From Klebsormidium nitens (Eukaryota > Plantae > Klebsormidiophyceae), in the NCBI GenBank assembly GCA_000708835.1, contig DF237145.1:69468-133467 (forward strand): a stretch of DNA of 64,000 nt, in the 5' to 3' direction. The notes beneath the pieces were generated by a model. That model did not search any database and was not told the DNA's origin. It saw only the letters and a program-made list of their open reading frames with translations. Position 1 is the first letter of the stretch; each line of letters begins with the position of its first letter. The position numbers and the translations under genes are program-made. Shown here piece after piece: positions 11,950-24,910 of this stretch.

Positions 11950-13700
11950 TTTTGCAGAGGGCGTCAGATTAGTTTGCAATGTTCAAGCGCTCTCAAGAAT
12001 GCAGACACTTTGCCCAGAGAATCCTTGAACCCAATTCAAGCATTGAAATTTCTCTATTGTTCTGGATCTCTCCAAGGCGATGCTATATAAGCAGGCCCTA
12101 TGCAAGCTTGCCTCTCAAACACCCTCTCTTCAATGCACCACTTATTCCAATCGCTTGAGAAAGACAAGTTTGCTATCATTCTTACCCGGGCACCCTTCCT
12201 GGGTGAAATTGGTGGCGAGGTGGAGGACTGTGGTTCGTCCATTCTGACACCTCCGCTGAGCTTGCATGCCACTTGAGGTTGTTCAGCTCGGATCAACGCT
12301 TCAACAGCAGCTGGAGCGATCTATCAGTGGTTGATCAGAACACTGGCATTTTCATGGCTAGCAACAGCAGTCTCTAGCTGATGGCTCTTGGACCAGAATT
12401 GTGGAGCCGCTGTTCAGTCAAAGGACTTTGCCTATAACAACTGCAATCCAGGTCAATTGAACTGTATGCGCTCCATTTGTCCACTTTCACATGTTTGAGG
12501 CACAGCTTTCTAAACCCTTAGCAAGGCGACTTGCACCATCGCCTTCAACCTTCTACTGCACGGGTACTGCACATGTTTAAGTCGATGCCTGAACGGCTAC
12601 GACACCTCTTAAAACCTGGGCACCTGCAATGAAACCATGCCAATGCGGTCATCGAAAACATTTCAACGAGCTCATCAGCTTTTTGAATTCAATGGTGGTG
12701 CTTTGCTCCATGCCTGCACTGGCAGAAGCTTCTCCCACACAGTGGATATTACCATAAAGTTTAATACCTATAAGGTACGTTCCCTATAGGGAATTTGTTC
12801 AACCGTAGAGGAATATTGTACATGTGAGGCCCCGGGCAACACTAAAAACCTAGGGTACTGTGACCGACAGACCCTAATGTTACAGCTGTTTGCGTCAAAC
12901 TTGCTATCGGGTTCCATCCTCTCTGAGCCTGGTTCCTAATCTTGAGCCGTCCGATGCCTCCTTTTCCGTCGATCGAATGGTGCAAGATCAGGAACCATGC
13001 TCGGAGCATTTGAAACCCGATGGCAGGTTTGACGCAAAGAGCTGTACTGGGAAGTGCCCGGTTGTCACCCGGCTGCTTGCGAGACCCTAATGTCAGAGGG
13101 AGGGCCTGCTTGTTACCCGGTTGCTTGCGAGACCCTAATGTCCCAGGGTAGGCCCGGCTGCTTCTCGGGTACGCACCGCGCAGCGCGGGGTACGACCGCG
13201 CAATCATTAAACGTACAGTCCTCTTACGCAATACAGTACCTTATAGGTAGGTCACATTGCCTTATAGGTATTAAACTTTATATATATCACAGTGGCCCAG
13301 GATTGAACTGTTGAAAAGGAACCCCTAATTTTCAAAATCACTTTATGCTCAGTGGCCTTGCTGATGAATGGCAGCATCGAAGCCGTTCATCGACCGCACT
13401 TGACCCATCCGACGATTGATAAGGGGACTAGAACCGCGCGCGCACCTTCCACTTTTAAGATTCATGAGCTGGAAACACGATTTACAACTTGAATTCAAAC
13501 GTTGGGGAAGCACGGTCTGCAAGCAGAGCAGTCAAGGCCCAGGGGCAGCCAAACACTGAAACAGAGAGAGAAGGGCGGCTGCGTGAAGCTCTGGACAGAT
13601 GACGAAGCTGCTGCAACCAGCTCCACCCCTCAAAATCCCGAATTGTAGCCTCTCTGGTTTTCCTCAACTTTGCACGATGCGGATAGTGAGTGACATCAGA
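11950..13700 (-). mobile_element. Probable highly decayed retroelement (RT/RNase H-like) remnant
   Basis: Stop- and frameshift-riddled minus-strand fragments loosely resemble RT/RNase H motifs: NLKSG ~13455, MLPF ~13370, FDD ~12655 and (I/N)xxLEL ~12045. There is no intact ORF and the motif matches are weak. Confidence 0.3.
12746..13287. mobile_element. Non-autonomous DNA transposon (MITE-like), 542 bp, with subterminal 22-bp inverted repeats and an 8-bp target-site duplication
   Basis: ATAAAGTTTAATACCTATAAGG at 12754-12775 is the reverse complement of 13260-13281. The direct repeat CACAGTGG flanks the element at 12738-12745 and 13288-13295. Internal ~50-bp repeats cccggytgcttgcgagaccctaatgtc lie at ~13070 and ~13117. 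Confidence 0.75.
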
Positions 13701-14444
13701 GCAAAATCGGACTATAGCTTTGAGCAGCTGAGCTGATTAGGGTCGACAACGATGGGGGCAGCCGGAGAGCGGCGTGCATCCAGCTGGGGAGAGCAGGGGA
13801 GCTTGGTGGAACAGCTCAAAGAGATGACGGCTGAGAGCCACAAACGAACGTCTATAAATATGAAAGACACCCTGATCGGCACTAAGGGTGAGGACTTTGC
13901 AGTGCCGTAGAATAGGAACTGTCCAAAATGAAGCTGACTCGTAAAGTGACCTTCAAAGTTTTGATCAATGCAGCATGCACCAGAAGTCCCCTAAACCGCA
14001 GTGGGACCGTAGTTCTGATGGAAAAACAGGTGCTAATGTAACATATTTCAGTACACTAGTCCTGCATTGCTCTGTTGGTGTCCAGAACGTTGTTGGTGCC
14101 CTGCTTTAGAGCCTGGCCCCTCAGCTCACGGAGCAATCTTCAGTATGGTCTTCTAACATGCCACATGCTAGGATCTTGAGAGTAGGAGCTAAAAAAAGCT
14201 GCTCAATCCAAAAATCACATGCAGGGCATAAGATTAACAGCTTATACAGGGTCATCTAAGCACTTACATGCAATGCTGCCAGAGATCCTAGGCGTACACA
14301 AGTATTTGCCTATTCCTGCAACCACCACACTGGATCTTAGAGTGCCTGTTGCCCCCAGCGCAGGCTTGCACTCTCAAGAGTCTACTCTGATCGGTCCTCT
14401 TCTTGGTCAAGACGATGAATCTTGCCGGAGCATCAACTTGCAGG

Positions 14445-17400
14445 CTGCACAGCTCTGAAGGCCGCCCTAAAGCACAACGACGGTCTGACAGAGCTCGACT
14501 TGACAGGGTGCAATATCCTCAATGCTGAGGAAGTTGCTGAAGTGGTCCGTACAGTGCGCAACTTGAAACGGTGAGAACGAGGCAATTTGAGTTATCCGAT
14601 TCACATCAGGACCAGTCCGGCAATGGCAGCGTCTGTTTGTACAGCAGCTCTAGAAAGCTCAAACAGCTCTAGCGACTCTCGTTTGGCATTTCCAGAGCTA
14701 GGCCATGTAATGGCTGAACGAAAGCGTTCATCCACTAGGGGAATGATTTGACAGGTGAGAAGGATGCCAGATGGTGATGATGCAGTGTGTGAATGGTCAA
14801 TGCCACAGCTATGTCTAATGTCCAATCATAATGTTGGTGGCATCATACTTCAGACGATACCAGTCCTGGTCGAACCATTTAGCTTCGCAATCCTGCCAAT
14901 GATCGGAATATCCTGCAACTTGCTCGCTGAGAACATCCCTAGAAAGAGGCCTGACAGCCAAGTATCCTGAGCTCACTCTCATGCATAGAAACGGGACACC
15001 TATTTCACCTTTGAAGAAACATTTCATTCTTAAAAATTGCATGATTGCAGACTGAAACTAGAGTGGAACAGCCTGGGCCTGGCTCCTCATGGCCTAGCAG
15101 CGTTTGCTGGCGCTCTGGCCGCGGCCCCAAACCTAACAGAGGTGGACTTTAGAAGCAACCGGCTGGGGAGCAGCGGCATGGCGACACTGGCCCACGCACT
15201 CAGGGACAGCCGGTCACTCACGATTCTTGGTAAGCGGGTCTTGGGGTCTCTGAAGGCAGTCTCCCACTCTTTTGGCGCGTCGCTTGGGGACTTGCTCATC
15301 ACGAAGTTCAACTATGATCAACGAAGTTGTGAAACTCAGACGTGAGACATGCGAAGGTTGAAAGGCGGGTTGGTCCAGTAGGCTCGAACCAAAGGCTTCT
15401 CGCTACTTTCATTATACATGCGCTTTACCGCCGCTGCAGAAGGACACGTATCAACATTCCATTGCAATAGGCATATACGTTCCTCGCTTTCGTCAGTGTC
15501 AAACGCCAAACTGGTAACCAATTTTCTCGTTCCTTGAGAAGCAAGCAGACGTCCGACTTTCCTGTTGATTGCATCCTTGTCCTACACACATAGGAACGAT
15601 TGAATCGCAAAGTGAGACCAAAATTCAGTCGTGACATCACGGACAAAATATCCCTACGATAAGTAACCTGATACAGATCATCTCCGGCCACAGATCTCCG
15701 GTGGAACGAGCTCGGCGCCTCAGGCGGCGCTGCTGTCGTCACCCTGCTTCAGAGTAACCGCGTTCTCACTGACGTCAGGCTGACGGGGAACGGAGTCCCC
15801 CCGGAAACACTGCGCCAGGTCGAGAAGCTGCTGGACCGCAACAAAAGCGAGTTGCTGCGACGGGGGACACAGTCAAGCTTAGCTGAGCCCTCCAAAAAGG
15901 TAGGGTTATGGGCTCGTCGTCGAGGTGTAGAGCAAGGATCTTTGGATCCAGATAGCGGCAGATTTCACGAACATCTGAGAAGGATCCCGCTTTGATCCAT
16001 TGGCACTTCTCAATAAGGAGAAGGAGCAAGCCAGGGACTGGGTTTCCCGATGCCACTCAAAAAGGAGGACTACTCTTGTTTCCGTTCCTATCTACGCTCT
16101 CTGCTGCAGTCGCTTGCATACACGCCAAAAACAGCTCTGCGGATTTCAACTCAGCTTCCTATAGACGTTATCGAGATGGAGCACGAGCTCACCTTTGGGC
16201 ATCATGTTTGCAGGTTATTGACATGAAGGCCTTGGATGCGATGCACGCGGAGCGGATAGCGATCCTGAACCGAGAGCTATTGCAGCTCAAAGAAAAGATA
16301 GTAAGTCTTGACCTTCGCTTTCAAACCCTCTGCAAAGGAGCGGCCCTGGAGTGCGTTGCTCTATGTTCAAGGCCTCGCTCTGAAGATGGCAGTAGCCTCG
16401 CCTTTTGTTGCGCAAATCTTTCAGATAGTCGTTTCGACAACCCACTCTCTTCATTCTCATATCGAAAAGGGGTTTTGCGCATTCTTCCGCTTCCTGCTAT
16501 CCGCTGAAGTCAGTTCGAGTATGCTCTGTCTGGGCCCAAAGAGTAGCCAAACCTGCCTGTACAACCTCAACTATCCCCGTTCGCTTTTATCGAATGACAA
16601 ATGACACGTGTGCATTTCTGTCTACAGGCAACCTTGGCGGAGGAGAAAGACGATTTGGCCCGACGGAAAGCGACGTCCGACCAAACGGTGACTGACCTAG
16701 AAACTAGACTGGCGGGAGAAACCAGGTTGCGGCTTGCCGCTGAGGAGGCCCAAACCAGTTTGCGACTGGAAACCGAGAATCTTAAAAAGGTGGGCCTGCT
16801 TGTCACTCTCAAGAGGACGTTTCCTCTTTCTGGCCTTCTAATCTACGTCTTGACGGCCAGAAGAAGATGCAACGGACAAGAGTTGTAACCAGGTGCGTAC
16901 ACTGTGTCCAAGCGTCTTCTGTGATTCAGGCCCAGTGACTTGACTTTACATTCCTGTCGATCACCCGATATAAAAGCAGCCGATTGCGGGGACGGATTTC
17001 CACTGCAGAGTCGCTAGAATTCAAGGATTTAATCAAGCAGCAGCGTTGTAAGACAGCGTAAGCATTGCGTTTGCATCGGTGAGATGATGTTAGTTCTTGA
17101 GACTTGGTTACAAAGCAGATTGCGTTATATACACGCATCATTGTGCAGAATAAGAAAGCCACCATAAAGCTGAAAAGGGAACATTGACTAGAAGGGCTCC
17201 GTGCCGTCGCAGGACCATCGAGTTGCGCAAGAGGAAGCTCACAAGAGAGCGGAGCAGCGGCTCGCGAAAGAAACGGTAAGCAAGCTTGACGGACTTCGAA
17301 AGCTCCTTTTGTCACCTATTCAATGCGTCCATCAAATGCCATGTATCTGTCCTTTGGCCAGCATAAATCTAGGAGATTCATGCACACGGTTCGCCATCAT

Positions 17401-20400
17401 GCTACAGACACCAGCAACTGAACGCCGCTCCTCGTATCCAATCTCGAATAAGAAATCTAAGATAAGGAACAGGGTCAGTGGGTGCGGTTCCTCAGACTGA
17501 CTGTATTGGACTCAATCGCAACTTTCCCGCTTGACAAGGTAAGAGGACGCAGACTGTTACCAAGCTTCGACTTGAGAGATTAAATCAAAGACACGAGAGA
17601 TTGCTGATTGACTTTCTTATGCGCAGGGTTTCTTACACGCCGCCGAAGAACGTGCCAAGGACGCTGAGGACCGACTTGCGTCCACTATTAACGAGATCGA
17701 ATCGCTCCGGGGCTTGCTCGCCCGACAAAAAGACGACAATAAAGTTGCAGCCGCCCGGTTCCGGTCCGAAGAGGAGATTGCGCAGCACCAGATCCGGCGG
17801 CTAGAAGAAGCGCTGCAGGACGAGCGGAAGAACGGAAAGGATGACGTGGCGCGGCTGAAGGCGAAACACGTGGCGGAGATCGAGGCGGCGGAGAAGGAAG
17901 CGGGGGCGCTGCGGAAGGCAAAAGACGACGCTCTGAGAGTGAGTCTCTCAATGATCTATTACGGGTCTTCAAGGATGACCGTAATTGACAAGTCGCCCAC
18001 TCAGATCTTCAGACCGTGCACAACGTTAGGCGTCGGATCCTCTTCTTCAAGGAGGAGACGTTTTCTTCCAGAAACATCGAGCTGACTCCTATGACTGAAG
18101 ATCCCTGCAAGCAGAAAAGACGGGACCCTCGGTACTTGCGGTGAGCATTATTGTCGCTTGATCAGTAGCTAAGCAATTTGCGAAGGATGGAATGCATTAG
18201 TGAGTGTATGGATGCTTTCCCCCCTTCTTCCGCAGAATTTTCTCAAGGGACGAAGCTCCCCAAGTTAGCCGAATCGACAGAGCACCCGTCTTGGAAAAGC
18301 TTCCACTATCTTATGAGCACAAGTTCCCCGCTACTTCTAAGCGCTCTCTGCTCCCGAACTTATATCAAAAAGTTGAACTCGCCGTTTTGAATCAGTACGC
18401 GCTTCTTTCAAAGCAGGAGTCTGAACGGTGTCAATCCGCGCTCCGAGCGTCGTCAGTAGAAGCAGCGGAACGCGTTGAGAGGGCGGAAAGGAAGGTGCGA
18501 GAAGAGAAGGTGCGCTGTGTCACATTCCTCTTTCCAGTCTACGCTTATGTAGAGCTGCGTTTGCAAAACTCACGGGTGTGGCTGCTCAGGCAAAAGAAAA
18601 GTGACTCGCAGAGTAGATATCTGACCACTGATATGACAGACTCTTTAGACCAAACTTCGTTTGGTGTGAAATTCAGGCTGTACCTGGCGTTTTCTGACGT
18701 GAAATTTTTCTGTTTGTATCTCAATGCAATCGAGAGGGCGTACCATCAAAGTCACTTCTCCGAATATGCAGCAACAGCCAAACCTTTGCTATCTATGTCA
18801 AAGGATGTTTTAACAAATATCATCACTGGAAGCGGCACTTTTACTTTTTCTGCAGACTCCTTCGTCCCTTGAAACTTGTATTAGATTCCTCTCGACGGAC
18901 GGTCTCAGTCAGCTCAACCTCCTTCGCAAAACCTGTCATAAACTCCCGGTTTGGCTCAACCCAGGTCTGCTCAACCCCCTTCTCAAACCCTGTTTAAACC
19001 CCCATTTCGGATCCCCCCAGGACGCGGCCGTGAACGCGCTCCAGCGGCAGCTCGCGGCGCTCGACGCGCAAAAGGCGGCCGCGGCGGAGCAGAACGAGAT
19101 CCTACAAAAGGAACTGAAGAAAGCCAGCAAGGCGCTTCTGTCCAAGACCGAGGAGTGCGAGCGCGCGCTCGCGCGCGAAGAGGCGGAGCGGCAGGGCGGG
19201 GAGGCGCGGCGCGCGGAGGCCGACGCGCGTGCTGAGGCGGCGCTGGCAGAGGCGGTGAGAAGAAAATTTTGGTTCTTTCTCGCGTCGCCGAGCTTTGGAC
19301 GTCTCCCGGAAGAGAACTTCGTGTGACGTGGACATATGGTGGTTGCTGCGCGCTCGTCGCTCACTAATATGGGGCCGATTCTGGCGCACTTTTCAAGAGT
19401 CATTCCAAGGAGAGTTTTATTGCGTCCAGTTTTGAAGTTCACAGCTTCACTCAGCCGGCTACAAGAACCTTTCAATCTTAACAGGTTTGATCCAGTAAGG
19501 GCATATGTTCCCTTTCTCCAAGGTTGAAGAAACCGAAGAAACCCATACCCTAGGTGCTGCGTGCTTTGCGAGGCCATCTGTTCTCTGTTCTCGCGCTTCT
19601 CTATGGCGAGCCCTCACAACCAACAACATTACAGCGGAAACACCTTTGTGACGTACATTCGTGTCCTAAGGATGCAGTATCCGTCGCTGATCGAAAGAAA
19701 CAGGGACATCCACACCTCAAACTTGTCAGAAATCAGAGGTCCTGGCCATCTCAACTGCGGTGGTTTGTTAGCAAGAACGAGTTTGCGGGACTGCGGAAAA
19801 CCGACTGACCAACTTCTCAAGTCTTTTCTCTCGTTATCAACAGGCGCAAAACAAGCACAAATGGACCACCGCTGAGGAGCAAATGCGAGTGCTTCGAAGT
19901 GAGCTGGCAGAGTTGAAAGCGCAGAAGACGACCGCCGAGCAACAGATCAAGCAGGTGAATTCCTCTAGGAAGCTGCCTGTTCGCTAACCAACTGCTCGCG
20001 AAAAGGTCATGAAAAACCTCTGCCTATTTCCTTTGTTGGAGCGAGCAGTCTGGCTGGGTAGCTCTATTCAAAGGGTCTGCGCCCGGATCAGAATCTTAGT
20101 AATCTATTCGCTGGTACTCAGATTTGCGATGACTCGCTGGGGCTGCGTCCGGTCTCGATCAGCATCGCTGTTGAAAGGGGTGCCGGGTGTCCCGATTGAT
20201 TGCATTGGCATCAGGAGCCGGTCAGATTGGTGTAAAAAAGTCAGTGCGGTCCTTGCTTGATCATAATGAACAATGGCCGCAGACTGCGAACTAATGAACT
20301 TACCGCTTGATTCGGCCCGCTGTCAATCTTGCAGATTTCTTTCAGACTTGGACATGACGCCCTTAACCCAGGACTTTTGCCCATTTGCGATTTGAATGTG

Positions 20401-21121
20401 GCAGAAAGGCCTTTGTCAATGAGAATCCCGACAGAAACTTTGCTACGTTGCAGCAAGCAAGCGACCGGAGGCGGCACGAAGAAGAACTTGCCGACTCGAA
20501 GGCCGCATTCGAAGCCGCCCAACGAAGCATCAAAGAGGTGAGCACTAGTTTAATGCTGTCTCCCGTCCTTTCCGCACAGTCTTCCTCGAATCCGTAACCC
20601 GAGACATGAGGTTTACAGCAAGAGAATTTGAGGACCCAACTCCCAGGGAACAGGTGACTGTGGGAGAGTCGCCGCGACTAAAAGAAGTGAGTTATCCTCG
20701 TAGCAGAAGTACGCAATCCAAACTTGGATGGAAGGTCTTCTACGAAGTGCCATTGAAAGCGCACAAATTGTGTTTGTGCGAGTCGATCCCTCTTGAGCAG
20801 AATATGAATTTCTCACATTCAGCAACATTCTGTTCTTCCTAAAAGCACCGAAAACAGTCGAATGCTGCTGCGTTCAGCCTCCGTTGCAGCCCCAAAACGT
20901 CATTCGGACGAAGTTATACACCGGTTTTAACAGAGGATATCCGCCTTTCTCGTTCCGTGCAGCTTCAAGCGGAGATCGACCGGCGGAACGCAGAGGCGGA
21001 GCGCCGCCTCGCGGGCGCGGAGGCGGCTCTGTCTGATTGGTCGCGACAGCAATTTGCGGCGCTTAGAGCGGCCAATACCGGGTCTGGGTCTCAACCCACC
21101 AGAATGGCTATGCGTTCTTAG
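14445..21121 (+). CDS. LRRC45: LRRC45-like protein: RI-class leucine-rich repeats followed by a long coiled coil (5' exons not resolved)
   Basis: Spliced exons give ALKHNDGLTELDLTGCN...|LKLEWNSLGLAPHGLAAFAGALAAAPNLTEVDFRSNRLG...|DLRWNELGASGGAAVVTLLQSNRVLTDVRLTGNGVP, matching the LEWNSLG...DLRWN...LAGN pattern of animal LRRC45 as I recall it. E/A/K/R-rich coiled-coil exons follow (16213-16300, 16629-16789, 17213-17275, 17628-17938, ~18397-18509, 19021-19254, ~19845-19954, ~20420-20537), ending 20964-21121 at TAG. Confidence 0.75.
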
Positions 21122-21931
21122 TCTCCCCTTTCCATCAATCGTGTCTTCTTACTTAAAATATCATTTGGGTACAGCGGTCTAGCGCACTCTCCCTTCAGGA
21201 TGGGTTCGAATCTCTAGTGCGGCTGCTGTCCCGGTTTGCATGACCGACGTCCGGAGGACGGGACGACAGGAGCTCAGCAGACGGTCAATGAGTCAATGAC
21301 ACGCTGCAGACTCAAGCTTTGTGCGCTGGGTCATTCGATCTCCGGGTACAGCAGCAGATGCATCAGGTTGTACACAATGTTATAAATGATTGACGCCTAA
21401 TTGTCATTGTGACTCACGTACCACGACATTTTCAAGTTTCGCATGGCTATGTGATGCGTCATCTTTCACAATGTCCGGGATCACACCATACCATGTATGG
21501 CGTAGAGTGGTGACTGAGTTGATGGTGAGGGGACCCATTTGCTGACGGTAGCCTTTGCAATGTAGTGATCGAGTTCACTAGATCGATTGTCCTGGCACCT
21601 GACTGATCATAACATACGATGCGCGTGGGCGTGCAATCATGTACACCGTCGTACCGCTAACACGCGGGCCAGCTTCAGCGTTTCTTTGCTTGATAGAGTA
21701 TTCACGTCTGCTTCTTGCAGTCTAATTGAAGCAAAGAGAGATCACAAGTTGTACAGAGCGCTTACATATCAGCACCTCTGGATCCGACGTTCGTGTTCGT
21801 TTCTCAAAACTATTTCGTTCTGTCATTTTGTCCCAATTCAACACTATTGTGTTCAACATTACACTACAATGATCAGCCGCGCGAGCATCAATCATCTTGT
21901 TCTGCTTGCCTGCTCTTTGTACAGTCGATCC

Positions 21932-24910
21932 TCAGAACACTTTGCGTCGACTTGCTTGAAGTTTCCAAAACTTGCGGGTCTCATCAAGGTTGTCCAAGAG
22001 CGAATCTATCCCTGTGCATGGTGCCAACGCCGCTAGGAGCTTGAATAAGGGGATGGTCACTTTCTCGCACCAATAGAGCTGCATTCAATTAAGGTGGAGA
22101 TAGAGTAAGTGAAGGTCATCGATAACACTGGTTTGTATGTATGAGCAGCTTGGAGGGGAGTGATTTGACTGGTGAATTGCGGATCAGAAAGGGTTATAGT
22201 CTTCGGTTAACAAGATTTGCCTTTGGCAGGCACCGTATAACAGTTGCTTATGAATGTTTAGGCACCAGTACAAATGAACTCGCTTTTCTATTTTTGGGTT
22301 TGAGAGTATAAAAAGAGACAACCAAGCCGGAGAACTCCGCATCGAGATCGACATGAAAATCCTAGAAATTCGACACATCCAAGTCCATCCATATGAGTCG
22401 TAGTGCGTTACCTGCGATTGGTACAAATCCGCTTCGACAAGCTTCGCGCTGGGGGACTCTTTCATCCCCAAGGCCCGCTCAATGTCGATCTGCAGGGACA
22501 CAGATCTCGAACGGTAAATTCAGAGAAAATCTTGAGTCTCAAAGATTTTGAAAGGGTTTCGGACAAACATTCTGCTCGCAGCGGCAGTTTGAGATATTTG
22601 GAACCGCAATCGAATGAGGTCTCAACAAGCTGCGCCGTAGTCTCTCGATCGACTCGTTAAATCTCTTCAAGATCGGGCTTACCTGGTTCCGAAACTCGGC
22701 GTACAGGCGTGCAACCCAGAACTGCGCCGCCTGCGGTCCCCGGGCTTCGTTGCCGATGTCAGCGCCTGCACGGTGGGCAGAAAGTGACGTCAAACAAGAA
22801 AGAAGAAAAGATCCGTTCTGGTCTCACAATGGAATTCTGATTAGATGCTACCCCGTTCTATCCCTTGTTTTGATCTGTCAATTTTAATCCAGCGAGGAGG
22901 CTGCCAATCAACTTCTCTCAGACGTGCGTTAGGAGGCGAAGCAAAGATGGAGATAAGTCCGCCTCGAAGGATGCGCAGAGGTCTTCAGCGTCAACCACTT
23001 GGAAACGCTTTGATGATGCAGTAAAGCCTATTCCCCTCAGCGCCTGTACAAAGTTTGCAGCACGCTTTCAACGGAATCTGTGGGCAGGAGCCAGAAAATA
23101 TGCGTTGACAGTCTTAGGAAAAACGGAAAAGAAGATCACGCATGTGAAAGCTTACAATATCACGAGCAGGCTCGCTGAAGTTGCGGATTTTAACGATATC
23201 CTTTATCCATCACGCTCAAGCCCTAGGTTCTAAATCCCCTCAACCTCTGAACTTTCATACCTCTGGAATCTCAAACTCAGAAAGGAACCGGCAGAGGAAC
23301 CGTGAGTAAGCAAATGGATCCTACATTTCATGAGCAGGCTCGCCAAGAAGTTGCGGTTCGACCGGTCCCGCCAGTCGACGCCCATCTCCGCCCACCGGCG
23401 CCACTTTTGCAGAAGCGTCCCGTGCCGCGCCATGTCGGTCGCGCCGATGCCTGCCACGTCAGCGGGAATTCAGCATGACGTTATCAAAGATCACGCGCAA
23501 CGCGTGAACTTTACCTGGGGCCGGCTTTAAAGTCGCGTGGAGGTCGCGATCGAAATGTTACCATAAGCTGATGTTTGCGCAGGAGCAAGCGTGCGACCTC
23601 ATCTCGTGCAGCCCTGATTTGAGGGACTTTGGAGGATTATTCCGGAGAGCCATTTTTCACGGCGAAACTGCTTTGATATGAGCCGTGAGTTCTGCTTTCG
23701 AGATTGCGCAGAAAGAAGTAGTGCGCTATAGTAAGTGCGATACAAGTCCTGGCAAGCAACCGTCCCAGGTTTTCGACCAGATTAAGTACATTTACTTACC
23801 GCTTAGAATCAACACGTCCCTCCCAATCGAACGAGCCAATTGCTTTGGCTCTTCACTTTGAGTGCCTTGCGCCTTAGGGGAAGCACCTAGACTGGCGCAA
23901 TCGTCCAACTACGTCATCAAGCAAGGCGTCAAGAGGGAGCGCCGACTCACACTCCGCCACGGTGTCAAGCAGCCTCGCCCGGTCCGATTCGGACAGCTCG
24001 CTCAAGATGTCCGTTTCGGATGCGCTCAGCAGGGTTTCGAGGTTTTGAAAGTGGAGGCGCTCGTTGGTGCTCGTCGGGAAGCGCTTCGCGGCCGGCGCCT
24101 GAATCTCCTTCAGGAAGTCGTTGGTCAGGCCCACGTGGCCCAGGTCGTGACACAAGCCTGACGTCATGGAAGAAGTTAGAGCCGTGGCTTGGAACCGGGG
24201 GGGAGATTTGGCATAAGAAGGAAGGAAGAACATTAGCTTGAGACCTGGTACCACTTGTAAAAAGAAAAGTCGTGGTTCACTTGGGCCAAGTCCTGACACA
24301 GACCTGATCACCCGGATTGGCGGATTCTGAAGGTAACATAAACATAAGGCTTCCGAAATTCAAAGGCATTTATCCACCCACTTGCGATGGGCACTGCGTC
24401 GACCTTGAGCGGCACTTGTGCGCGCATCTGGATGTCGGCTCCAAAGCACGTCCCTACACTCCGAAAGCACGGACCGACTCACCCGCGAGCAACAGCAGAC
24501 CATCCCGAAGTTCTCAGCACTCTAGTTGTCGCCTTAAAACCCTGTGTCAGAAAGCATCCGGAAGCCCAAGCCTTACAAAGTTTTAGCGCGCTTACCCGCG
24601 ATCAGCACGGCCGCGACCTCGAGCGGCTCCAGTTTCGCGCGCACCTCCGGCCAGCCTAGAAACACGCACAGCATCTGGACCACGTTGTACACGTGGCACA
24701 TGTTGTGGTACGGCACGCGGTCGTCGTGCTGCGCGTCCACGTGGCGCGCGAAGCGCTCGAGCAGGCACGTGTCGATCTTCAGCGCGTCCAGCGCGCCCGC
24801 GGCGACCATCAGGCTGACGATGCCAGGGACGAGGTCGCCCCGGGTTAGTGACAGGGCGTCGACGAGGGGGAAACCGAGGGCGGGAGAATCGCCCGAGGCG
24901 CTGGAAATTG
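21932..24910 (-). CDS. Class I (HD-type) cyclic-nucleotide phosphodiesterase domain of the receptor AC-PDE
   Basis: PYHNMCH; AGLCHDLGHVGLTNDFL; TNERLH; CIGATDMARH; LLMK|CADIGNEARG...W...LYAEFRNQ; DLYQSQ (invariant Gln); LYWCEKVTIPLFKLL...NLDETRKFW. The metal-binding H/H/D/D set is present. Confidence 0.9.

Noticed and set aside
21167-21215. tRNA-like A-box (CAGCGGTCTAGCG) and B-box (GGTTCGAATC) just after the LRRC45-like stop
   Set aside because: The spacing is too short for a cloverleaf and no acceptor stem is found. At most it is a tRNA-derived SINE fragment, so I did not call it a tRNA.
23195-23205. Perfect U12 donor ATATCCTTT on the plus strand
   Set aside because: It lies antisense within an intron of the minus-strand PDE region, and no plus-strand gene or partner branch site was found.
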